DNA of 64,000 nt from a virus: IMG/VR virus record IMGVR_UViG_3300036780_000209, positions 64,001 to 128,000 of that record. The stretch is one strand, 5' to 3'. Under the pieces are notes generated by a model. That model was not told the origin of the DNA. It searched no databases and saw only the letters and a list, made by a program, of their open reading frames with translations. This document shows positions 36,301 through 44,492 of this stretch, one piece after another; position 1 is the stretch's first letter, and each line of letters starts with the position of its first letter. Position numbers and translations under genes: made by a program.

Positions 36301-37864
36301 GGATGAACGAGGGGCTGAACCGGGTGATGGCGTTCAGGGTGGTAGGACCGGTGCCCCCGGCCGGGGCCGTGAATGTCCCGGGATCGCGGGCGAAGGCGGT
36401 GAACTCGGCCGGGACCCCGGCGGAGAGGTCCACCTGCTCCTGCTTGACCGTCAGCGCGGTCAGCCGGTAGTTGCCCGGCTCGCTGGTTCCGGCCTGCACG
36501 TCCCCGAATCTCAGCGCCGTGATGGCGTTGGCCAGGGAGGCCCCCGTATGGGCCATGTACATGGCCCCGCCGGGCATCCAGCCGAAGATCCGGGACCCGT
36601 CGTAGCCGACCGCGAACTGCATCGCGGTGCCAGGCGAGAAGGCCGCGTTCCAGGACCCCACCACCGCATCGTTCACGGTGAGCACGAACGCGTCAGCGAG
36701 CGAGTAGTAGAACTTGACCAGCCCCGCGTCCAGGATCATGTGGTTGCTCAGGTCCCCGGACCCGAACTGCGGGACGAACTCCCCTGCCCCCCACCACGGC
36801 TGGGATGACGTGGCCCCGATCGCCTGGTTGGCCACCTGGACCCAGCCTCCGGCGGCCGGGAACAGGATCCCGTTGCCGTCCGCTGACGGGAGCTGGACTC
36901 CGCCGGCCGCGACGGCGGGGAAGACCAGGGGAGTGTCCACGGCCTGGAAGGAAGCTCCGGGGGGCGGAGGATCCGGGGAGTAGTACAGGTTGAACCTGAC
37001 CCCGCTGGTGACCGGGTTGACGTAGAAGCGGTCGATGACCTGGGCCGCGCCCGAGCTGGCCCGCGAGTCCACGTAGAGGCCGACGACCGCGTCCCGGCGG
37101 ACCTGGGGCGCGCACTTCCACGGCTTGCCCTGCAGGAGGTTGCTGGCCCGGTTCTCGCGCAGGCTGACGGTGACGGGGCTGCCGTGGACATCAACGCTAG
37201 TGGTGAACGGTTCGCGCTCGGTCAGCGCGTCCGCCGAGCGCGGGGTCCAGGGCACGTCGCCGACGGAGCGGACGCGGTAGCCGAAGTCCAGGTTCCGGAC
37301 GCCGACCGGGTACGCGGCGAGGATCCCGGGAGTCGTGTAGGGGTACGGGCCCTGGGAGAGCGTGCCCCGGACAGCCTGAAGAAGCAGCCGGTCGGTGGTG
37401 ACAGGCTGGATCATGTCGTCCTGGTGCACCCAGTGCCCGGCCCCGAAGTGGTACGGGTTGAGCCCGGCCTGGAGGGCCGCCGCATTGTTGACGGCCGAGG
37501 GGATGCTCCCGGTGATGGCGTAGGTGAGAGGGGAACTCCCGGCCGCGCTGAGCGCCGGCTGCCATGCCAACCCGTCCCACCAGGACACCGACATGGTGTG
37601 GGGGAAGTGCGCCAGGTCCATCGTGATGTAGTTGACCAGGCGCTGCCGGGACAGGGAGATCACCAGGCTGTCCGGGCTGGGGTCACCCGGCATGCGGGGC
37701 TGCGAGGACCAGAACCGCTGGCTGTCCGCCTGGGTGCTCACCTGGGACGCGGGAGCGGCCAGGTCGGACGGGATGCCCTCGATGTAGACCGTAGACAGCG
37801 GCGTGGTGCCGATCTGCCCCGGGAGGACGGAGGCCGGCGTGACCTCGGGAACCTGGATCGTCAT
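33356..37864 (-). CDS. Large baseplate/minor tail protein with lectin-like domains and C-terminal GH26-like TIM barrel
   Basis: 1502 aa after the baseplate wedge genes; Trp-periodic repeats; TIWHGP, WYPGD..DGI..ELY, LGITQMG. Confidence 0.75.
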   Translation of the reverse strand: MTIQVPEVTPASVLPGQIGTTPLSTVYIEGIPSDLAAPASQVSTQADSQRFWSSQPRMPGDPSPDSLVISLSRQRLVNYITMDLAHFPHTMSVSWWDGLAWQPALSAAGSSPLTYAITGSIPSAVNNAAALQAGLNPYHFGAGHWVHQDDMIQPVTTDRLLLQAVRGTLSQGPYPYTTPGILAAYPVGVRNLDFGYRVRSVGDVPWTPRSADALTEREPFTTSVDVHGSPVTVSLRENRASNLLQGKPWKCAPQVRRDAVVGLYVDSRASSGAAQVIDRFYVNPVTSGVRFNLYYSPDPPPPGASFQAVDTPLVFPAVAAGGVQLPSADGNGILFPAAGGWVQVANQAIGATSSQPWWGAGEFVPQFGSGDLSNHMILDAGLVKFYYSLADAFVLTVNDAVVGSWNAAFSPGTAMQFAVGYDGSRIFGWMPGGAMYMAHTGASLANAITALRFGDVQAGTSEPGNYRLTALTVKQEQVDLSAGVPAEFTAFARDPGTFTAPAGGTGPTTLNAITRFSPSFILGEPGTGINPYGFVGGPGSSYEACTWIPVMRDFRLARGFVEFSPVLASVFKFEFTHLQPQHYDFLGSYPQTIRRLPQLPLGQQPRPRHPGNDSPAVDNGLVVNQGIAATVAFQDTPTPTPDPAPGSTLPTEALYATDPVAASALAQQAGSMYNFQPWQPETTVSRIPTAQVHSYEEAVIPQLSRVAYFVSVSSLGMYRAEFTAQDDTEEYVDNFDDTHNISQSSLASFVPGIVPWSWSQGMLSSPGAFPALASFARVNSNVFSSGSPVRGIQFATTESEPVQLLPDPSFSDPALGTWTNAGDSPPLVIANINSQLGNMIQVTRVPGTYGWSALEQLYPIWSALQSALPTWGALQANNSTSAFGGFAYDGPPVVTTRAGRVYAAARVFATQALNAPLALQILDGATGVVVAESDQPVQGGIVTEWYVGYTIGSVVITSPPWSTVQASHATWAGFAGTTWGQADTTNPALGGTLSARVIQKGATSDTWYADDLSIFENSIIWEFSSDAGASWWPAYEIRNNPSGVMIFPPPAKGTGNQLMWRVSGYRPNLAVSSLAIRPWYSMHPMGTPPRSMGVGHGPNAVPADQYGPVEDDPRWQAWDLPVPQEWFFIQKQILGLGSTTFVPPQLPSAPAPPDVNLAFGVISIVPPAVTPAEPSTYEDTYPDAYEDFYGLADGSDFYTDAYSDLYDYSSANITGTQWSASAAFTAAGTLTATATHISTFRPSAGASVGNVAGDANAVDFFIQRTGQPMRVRRLFFGNSIPATLDASLAAKDAQAGRRVCIDIRPDSTTTPGQFESFLASCQQEGLDAEFTIWHGPDQHFSGVREYLVILAQYVPLIRRYGYKHIFSVSNSSVLNDNVLAEWYPGDAFTDGISAELYPISFNPSAIKPTDFAGMTGVTLNLIGNFADVHGQRLGITQMGIDRGLFSVSQGNDFLEYVDRFFSARKKAGKPNGDVIYDSTTVFDLTGGPQQWVNLYNQIGRDL

Positions 37865-39216
37865 GATGTCCCCGGGACCATCACTCGGGGGCCGCTGTAG
37901 GGAGCTGCCTTGACGGCCACGGCGGAGGCCGTGCGGGCGCTGGCGGCCTTGTCCGGCTGCATGACGGCCTTGGCGGGCAGGTACTGGATATCCGGCCCGG
38001 ACGGGAAGGCGACGGTCTCGAAGTCCCTGAGGTCCGTGGGATTATCGAGCGGGCCGGCCTGCGCCCAGGCAGTAGTGACATCAGAGACGTAGCTGTACTG
38101 CGTGCCCTGGCTCTGCGAGAAGGGCGGCACGGGCTGGGCGAAAGTGGCCCCGGCGAGAGTCCCGCCACTCTGGTAGCTCGCCAGTGCGGGGGCATAGGCC
38201 GGGTCCTGGGCCGACGCCGGGGTGACGTGAGTGACGATCTCCCAGTAATCGCTGTCCGCCCAGACCGAGTGGATGCTGGTGGGAATGTTGACCAGGGCAG
38301 GCGCGTAATTCACCGAGACGAGGCTGAACGCGGGCTTGAGCACCTCCTCGACCCGGAGCACGCCGAACTGATCCGCCGCCTGCTGGCGCAGGCTGGCCAC
38401 GTCGGTGCCGTACTGGGTGCGCGGCTGGATCATCACCTCGTTGCGGGCGTTGATGCCCATGCCGCCGTAAATGAGGATGCCCTCAACCTGCTGCCAGGTC
38501 TGCCCTGAGCCCCCGAGCTGACCCCAGTTGTGGTACTGCGCCTGGAGCTGGCTCCAGAGCACGCTCGGGGCAGTCTGGGAGCCCTGTGAGTCGATCAGCT
38601 TCCAGACCTCGATGACAGAGCACGGGACTCCGGTGAGGGCCTCGGCGACCGCCTGGAGGCCGGGGACAGTGCCTCCCATTGCGATGGCAGAGGCGAGCGC
38701 AATGATGCGCTCCCGGAAGGTCGCGTCGATCGAGTAGATATCGTCCCAGGCGTCCGGGCTGGCGAGGTCGCTGTACGGGCTGACTGTGGTGCCAGTCGCC
38801 GGATTGGCCGGCAGGGAGCCGTCAGGGCCACGGAGCGCCCCGAACAGCGCACCGTAGAAGCTGTCCAGGTCGTAGAAGTTCGTGCTCGTGACCGCGCCCT
38901 GGAGCCTCGCCAGGAGCTGCCGCTTGCGGAGCTGGCCGACCCCGGAATCCCCGAGCATCGCCTGCATGAAATGGATGATCGCGGAGCCGGGCGACAGGTC
39001 GAAGACCTCGGACGGGAAGTTAACAAGCCGCTGCGCCAGGACCAGGTCGGGGCTCAGCAGGTTGGTGGCCACGGCCGTGCCGCCGGGCAGCGGCTGGGTG
39101 GCGCTGGCCTGGAAGTTGAGGATCGACGGCTGCGGGGTGTCCGGGTAGTCGAAGAGGCTCTGGTCCTGGTTGATGATCCCGGGGCTCAGGGAGCTGTCGC
39201 TGATGATGGCGGGCAT
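37861..39216 (-). CDS. Baseplate wedge protein (P2 gpI-like)
   Basis: Follows baseplate J; FRERI..AIAMGGTVPGLQAVAEALTG..VIE; VLKPA. Confidence 0.75.
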   Translation of the reverse strand: MPAIISDSSLSPGIINQDQSLFDYPDTPQPSILNFQASATQPLPGGTAVATNLLSPDLVLAQRLVNFPSEVFDLSPGSAIIHFMQAMLGDSGVGQLRKRQLLARLQGAVTSTNFYDLDSFYGALFGALRGPDGSLPANPATGTTVSPYSDLASPDAWDDIYSIDATFRERIIALASAIAMGGTVPGLQAVAEALTGVPCSVIEVWKLIDSQGSQTAPSVLWSQLQAQYHNWGQLGGSGQTWQQVEGILIYGGMGINARNEVMIQPRTQYGTDVASLRQQAADQFGVLRVEEVLKPAFSLVSVNYAPALVNIPTSIHSVWADSDYWEIVTHVTPASAQDPAYAPALASYQSGGTLAGATFAQPVPPFSQSQGTQYSYVSDVTTAWAQAGPLDNPTDLRDFETVAFPSGPDIQYLPAKAVMQPDKAASARTASAVAVKAAPYSGPRVMVPGTS

Positions 39217-41036
39217 CAGGAGAATCCCCCGAAGGTGTTGACGGCCTTGGTCGCCAGGACGGTGCCGCCGAACGAGGGAAAGGTGTCATCCCCGAAGAAG
39301 ACGCTGAGCGGCTCTCCCTCTCTGTTCACGTAGGAATTGACCACCGCCCCGTTCACGACCTGCTGGATCCCGACATTGGAGCTGTTCGGGGAAGCGGGAT
39401 TCCAGCCTCCGTAGTCATCTCCGGTCAGGAACCGGGCCGCAATGACCCCCGGGGTGCCCTCGACGATATTCAGCACCGTGCTCGCGTAAAGGGTGGCGTT
39501 GAATCCCAGGGTGCTCAGGTAATTGGCGAGAGCCGTGTTCACCGACTGCTGCGTTACCGAGATGGTGACCGACGTGTCGTAAATGATGGCCAGCGAGAAC
39601 TGCAGGAACTGCGTGATTCCCTGATGCGCCAGGACATCGGTCCCAGCCAGCTTCCAGTTCTCCACGTCCTGCTGGATCTGGCGGGGAACGGCATTGTACG
39701 TGTATCCCGCTCCCACGACGATGACCGAGTTGACGACCGGCTGGAAGTTAGCTGCCCATTCCAGCCCGAAGTCAGAATAGGGGCTCCAGCCGAAGGCCCC
39801 CGTCCGGTGGACTATCTGGTAGGCGTAGCTCACTCCTGCCGAGGAAGTCCCGATGGGGTTCTGGGGCGTGGCCAGGCCGTAGGCAATGCCGCCCACGATG
39901 AGGATGGCGGGCACCGTGAGGACCGGGCCGAAGGCCAGCGGGATGAAGATGTTGCCGGCGGCCGGGATGGTGCTGTCGGGCCGGATGAAGCTCCCGGCAT
40001 AGTAATTGCTCGACGGCGTGGAGGAAAAGGCGATCAGCGGCTGGAATGCCACGGACTGGGCGGCAGCCGTCGCGTCGGTGCCGGCGCAGTAGACATCCGT
40101 GCGGTTGTAGATCCCGAGCGCGTTGCTGTTGCGGCTCGCCTCGTCCATGTAGACGAAGGACAGGTCGATGAGCTGACCCTCAGGAAAGTACGTGTGATCG
40201 ATGACCTGGACCTGAGGCGGGTTCACCGCGTAGTTCCAGGTGTACTGGACCCCGGGCACGGCCACGTCGCCGTTGTCGATGTCGTGGCCCACGACCTGGC
40301 CCGACGGGTAGATGAACTGGGCGTCCGTCACGGTGGAGATGGCCTGGCCGCCGGAAATCTGGAGCTGCTCGGTACGCCGGGTGGAGGCCCCGATCGCGTT
40401 GGCGGCCGTGCAGTTGACATTGTTCAGCGCGAGCCCCAGGAACATGGAGCTGGTCCCCGCCATGCTCTTGAAGGCCGTGGTCTTCCACCGCGTGCGGAGC
40501 TGCGCGTCGGTCTCCTGGTTGGTGCCCCCGGAAGCCGCGCTGGCGTTGAGCACCCCGGTGACCTCCGCGACCGGGTTGAGCAGGCTGGTCAGCGACGCGG
40601 CGGCCACATTCCCCTGCGGGCCGGCCTGGACGGCCTGGGCGGGCACGGACACCGAGAGCGCACCCGAGCTGAGGATCCCGGCCGAGAGGGTCTGGAAGAC
40701 GACTGTCCCGTCCGAGGTCGCCACCTGGGTGGCGATGGGCACCGAGACGACATCGGAAGCAGTGCCCCGGGTGAAGGTGATCACGGCGGTAGCCCGGGCG
40801 GCCGGGAACCGGCTCATGCCGAAGAGCTGGACGAAAGCATCCAGGGCGGACCCGGTCTGGGCGTTGACATCGTACTGGTAGGTCAGTAGCTGGGTATCGG
40901 AGCTGACATCGGAGATGGCCGAGGCCACGGCGTCGATGATCTTCCGGGTAACGCTGCCCACGGAGGTGTCGAGATCAGGCTCGGACACGCCCAGGGCGCT
41001 GATGATCTGGGCGCTGATGTCCTGCTGGCTAGCCAC
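39216..41036 (-). CDS. Baseplate J-like wedge protein
   Basis: GSVTRKIIDA, GSALD..FGMSR.PA..A..ITF, AGPQGNVAA, GGTNQETDAQLR.R. Confidence 0.92.
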   Translation of the reverse strand: MASQQDISAQIISALGVSEPDLDTSVGSVTRKIIDAVASAISDVSSDTQLLTYQYDVNAQTGSALDAFVQLFGMSRFPAARATAVITFTRGTASDVVSVPIATQVATSDGTVVFQTLSAGILSSGALSVSVPAQAVQAGPQGNVAAASLTSLLNPVAEVTGVLNASAASGGTNQETDAQLRTRWKTTAFKSMAGTSSMFLGLALNNVNCTAANAIGASTRRTEQLQISGGQAISTVTDAQFIYPSGQVVGHDIDNGDVAVPGVQYTWNYAVNPPQVQVIDHTYFPEGQLIDLSFVYMDEASRNSNALGIYNRTDVYCAGTDATAAAQSVAFQPLIAFSSTPSSNYYAGSFIRPDSTIPAAGNIFIPLAFGPVLTVPAILIVGGIAYGLATPQNPIGTSSAGVSYAYQIVHRTGAFGWSPYSDFGLEWAANFQPVVNSVIVVGAGYTYNAVPRQIQQDVENWKLAGTDVLAHQGITQFLQFSLAIIYDTSVTISVTQQSVNTALANYLSTLGFNATLYASTVLNIVEGTPGVIAARFLTGDDYGGWNPASPNSSNVGIQQVVNGAVVNSYVNREGEPLSVFFGDDTFPSFGGTVLATKAVNTFGGFS

Positions 41037-41466
41037 CGGTCACTGTCCTGGTGATGATGACCTGGGAGCCGGATGAGGTCGTGAGCGCCACCGACACCTG
41101 CATGATCTCCGGGTTGGGCGATGTCATCGCATTCACGCTGTCCACTGACGCGATGACATCGGCGGCCGAGAACTGGCTGCGAGCCCCGGTGAGGACGTAG
41201 TTCTTCATCTGCTGCTGCTGGGCGTCGATGACCTGCTGGATCACCCGCGACACCTCCGAGCTGACCAGGGCCGGGGTGCCCGGGAGCTGAGGCTGCCCCT
41301 TGTAGGAGTCGAGCACCGAGCCCCAGGTCGTGTGATACGGGTCGCTGCCGTAGGGCTCGGCCAGGGCCATGCCGATCCGCTGCCGGATGTAGTCCCCGCC
41401 ATCCACCGTGGCGAAGCCGCGCCCGGCCGGGCGGAGGTCTCCTCCGACTAGCTGCAGGTCCTTCAC
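41029..41466 (-). CDS. Baseplate gp25/W-like sheath initiator
   Basis: DLQL..GDL..V.G...IRQ.I..AL.EPYGSDPYH..WGS.L. Confidence 0.85.
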   Translation of the reverse strand: MKDLQLVGGDLRPAGRGFATVDGGDYIRQRIGMALAEPYGSDPYHTTWGSVLDSYKGQPQLPGTPALVSSEVSRVIQQVIDAQQQQMKNYVLTGARSQFSAADVIASVDSVNAMTSPNPEIMQVSVALTTSSGSQVIITRTVTGG

Positions 41467-41515
41467 GCTGCCTCCCCTCCGTACTTCCGGGGACCAGGGG
41501 AAGGTTCACCAGCCG

Positions 41516-44491
41516 TCAGGCGCTCCCGTCCACGTTGGTCCAGGTCCCCCCGATACTGTCCGCCGTAACCGGGACGGCCCCCCAGATGACGCCGGTCGTG
41601 CCGGAATCGGTGATGATGAAGTTGGTTGCGCTGCCCGGGCTTATCTCCTCGGCCCCGCCGATCGTGATCCTCTTCGAGCTGCCGGTGACGTGAATTCCGT
41701 AATGATTGTTCCCGAATACCACGGCCCCGAAAATATTGCAGGCCTTCGAGCCGGTAATGATATAGCTGTCTGCCACGGTGTTTTCTGCCCCGCAGCCCGA
41801 GAGCACGACTCCGTGGCATCCCGTCAGGACATAACCGTTAGCATTACTATCGCAAGCGCATCCGGTCAGGCTTGAGTACTGGAGGTTAGTGAGAGAGTAA
41901 CCATTACTTGTATTAGCATTAGCGTAACAGTTACGGAAATCACAGCTCGTGCAGGCAGAAACATCCGAGACGGTAAACCCGTTTCCTCCGTTGAGGAAGC
42001 TGTTGACGTTATCGAACCCGGTCGAAATGGGAGTCTGGATATTAACGCCATCAGCCCCGAAATGACTTACGCGAACATCCCGGATACTCGTGAAGGGGAT
42101 GTTGCTTGCCGAGGACTTGATGAAGCTTATCCCGTGCTGCGAACCCGAGGAGGGGCCGATTAGATCGAATCCCTCCAGGAGAATGCTCGCTACGTCGGTT
42201 CCCACCATCCCGGGCACGGCGGTCCCTCTCTGGTGAATCACCGTTGAGCCTCCGCCCGCCCCGAGAACGGACATTCCCGTGGAAAGTGGGAGCCCTGCGT
42301 TAAGGTTCCAGGCCCCCGGAAGCAGGAAAAGCCGCACGTTAGCCCCGGCCACGGCGGCTATCGCAGCCGAGTCGTCCGCCCCGGACGAGTCGCCCGAGGG
42401 GGAAAGCGAAATCACGCTGGCCCCGACCTTGAATGTGCTTACGGCCTGGACATTGTCAAATTTAGCGCCCTCGGGATAAGCCGTCCCGGCGAAAGGATCA
42501 TTTCCTGACGCTCCCGCGATGGACCCGGACAGCACCGGGGTGCCGCTCAGGTAGGTGAGCCGGACCTGGCCGTCCGACCCGGCCCCGCCGGGTGAGCCCG
42601 AGGAACCGCCGCCGCCTCCGCCGCCCGGGCCGATGGACGGAGCCGATCCTGGTCCGGCGCTTCCGCCGTTGCCGCCCGGGCCTCCCCCCGACACCGCCAG
42701 GGCACCCTGCTGGCCCGTAGCCGAGCGGCCCGCAGCAGCAGCTCCGCCCGAAGCCCCGCCGCCTCCGCCGAGGCTGAGGGTATAAGTGAGCTGGACCTGG
42801 CCGGAAGCACCCGCGCCACCGCCGAAGCCGCCTCCCCCGCCGCCGCCGCCGCCGCCGCCCGGAACCTGGCCCGGGCTTCCGTGGCTGCCGAGGGCACCGC
42901 CGTCGCCGCCTGCCCCGCCACCCTGGCGGGCAGCCCCGCCCGGGCCGCCGTCGGTGGTGGAGGAGGTCCCGCCGTTGTTCCCTCCGGTGGTCGTCCCGCC
43001 AGAGCCGCCGCCGCCAGAGCCCCCGGTAGCTCCGGGGGAGCCTCCGCTGCCGCCTGAGTGAAGGACATCTCCCTTGCTCGCGCTGATCTGGCCGCCCTGG
43101 GCGATGGCCCCGGCTGAGGCCTTGCCCCCCGCTGCCACGCAGGAATTCGTCCCGAAGGTGCTGGCAGCCCCGTTCTTGGCCGCGCCGGAAGACGTTCCGG
43201 CCTGGCCTCCCAGCCCGACGGTCAGGGCATAGGAATGCCCGGGGATGACAGTCAGCGCATTGAGCCTGGCATAGGCTCCGCCGCCCCCTCCGTACCCTCC
43301 GATGTCAGCCCCGGTACCGGATCCCCGGGTGCCTCCCCCGCCTGCGCCCCAGCATTCCACCAGGACGCTGGTAATCCCGGCCGGGGCCGTCCAGTTGAAG
43401 GTGCCGGAGTCGTCAAAGAGCGTGACGACCTTGGACCCGGCCGACGGGAGGAAGCCCTGCCCTCCCTTGAACTTGGTGGTGTTCGAGCTTCCGGTGCCGC
43501 CCAGCCCCGCCGCCGTGGGGGTTCCCGCCTGGCCGCCGTGTCCCTGAACCGTGGCTGCGTCCCCGGTGAAGAGCGAGGCCGTGCCGGCTGAGCCCGCCGG
43601 GCCGCCCGGGCCGACCGTGTAGGGATACGATCCGGCCGGGGTGACGGCAATGACCTGAGCCGAGTACTCGCCTCCGCCCCCGCCCCCGGCATCTGCCCCC
43701 GCGCCGCCGCCGCCGCCTGCGCCGACGGACTCCACCTGAACCGAGGTAACCCCGGCCGGGCATACCCAGGTCCCCGACCCCCCGGCCTTGAACGTCTGCA
43801 CGATACTGCCGCCGGAAGTGTAAATGAAATAGGCCCCGGTCGTCCCGCTCGTGACGAAGTCAGCCCCGCTGATCTGGCCGCCGTTGATGATCGCGCCGTT
43901 AATGACGGTGCCGTCTATTGCCCCGGCCGCCACGAGCCCGGCGACAATGGCACCTTCGACTATGGCGTTACTTCCCACCGGGGCCTGGTCCCACTGGGTG
44001 CCATCCCAGATATTGATGATGTTGCCGTTACTCGAATCACACCAGAGCAGGCCGACGCTGGGATTCTGCGGGGCAGTCGGGGAAATCACCGCTCCCCCGG
44101 CGGCAGTGGTGGGCACCCACTGGGTCCCGTTCCACACGCCCCATATCCCGGTGGCGCTGTTAATCCAGATATCACCCATCGAGGGGGCATTAGGAGGAGC
44201 CAGGGAAAGCGTGGCCCCGTTGGATATCTGACCCGTCGGGAAATCGCTCGTGCTGTTCCCGATGAAAGCCTGGAATGCCCAGGTCCCGAAGTCCTGGCTG
44301 ACGAGCCAGTTCTCGCCGACAGACGGGAGCTGCCCCTTGGACCGCTGGATCAGCAGGGGCACCCGGACCTCGTTGCCCTGGCGGTCCACGCAGACAGCCG
44401 TGTCGCTGGTCACGTCCATGACCGTCACCAGGCGCGTGCTGACCCCTACCGAATGAGTCAGCGGGTTGATGCTCGGGCGCGGTGCTCCCAC
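41516..44491 (-). CDS. Baseplate spike/tailspike: OB-like N-terminus, Gly-rich domains, C-terminal right-handed beta-helix (pectate lyase-like)
   Basis: LPSVGENWLV; P..P..GD(L)W repeats; WxxPAGxTSV.VE..GAGGGG domains; SGDSSGADDSAAI..LLPG.W then N..G beta-helix repeats. Confidence 0.8.
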   Translation of the reverse strand: MGAPRPSINPLTHSVGVSTRLVTVMDVTSDTAVCVDRQGNEVRVPLLIQRSKGQLPSVGENWLVSQDFGTWAFQAFIGNSTSDFPTGQISNGATLSLAPPNAPSMGDIWINSATGIWGVWNGTQWVPTTAAGGAVISPTAPQNPSVGLLWCDSSNGNIINIWDGTQWDQAPVGSNAIVEGAIVAGLVAAGAIDGTVINGAIINGGQISGADFVTSGTTGAYFIYTSGGSIVQTFKAGGSGTWVCPAGVTSVQVESVGAGGGGGAGADAGGGGGGEYSAQVIAVTPAGSYPYTVGPGGPAGSAGTASLFTGDAATVQGHGGQAGTPTAAGLGGTGSSNTTKFKGGQGFLPSAGSKVVTLFDDSGTFNWTAPAGITSVLVECWGAGGGGTRGSGTGADIGGYGGGGGAYARLNALTVIPGHSYALTVGLGGQAGTSSGAAKNGAASTFGTNSCVAAGGKASAGAIAQGGQISASKGDVLHSGGSGGSPGATGGSGGGGSGGTTTGGNNGGTSSTTDGGPGGAARQGGGAGGDGGALGSHGSPGQVPGGGGGGGGGGGFGGGAGASGQVQLTYTLSLGGGGGASGGAAAAGRSATGQQGALAVSGGGPGGNGGSAGPGSAPSIGPGGGGGGGSSGSPGGAGSDGQVRLTYLSGTPVLSGSIAGASGNDPFAGTAYPEGAKFDNVQAVSTFKVGASVISLSPSGDSSGADDSAAIAAVAGANVRLFLLPGAWNLNAGLPLSTGMSVLGAGGGSTVIHQRGTAVPGMVGTDVASILLEGFDLIGPSSGSQHGISFIKSSASNIPFTSIRDVRVSHFGADGVNIQTPISTGFDNVNSFLNGGNGFTVSDVSACTSCDFRNCYANANTSNGYSLTNLQYSSLTGCACDSNANGYVLTGCHGVVLSGCGAENTVADSYIITGSKACNIFGAVVFGNNHYGIHVTGSSKRITIGGAEEISPGSATNFIITDSGTTGVIWGAVPVTADSIGGTWTNVDGSA

Positions 44492-44492
44492 G

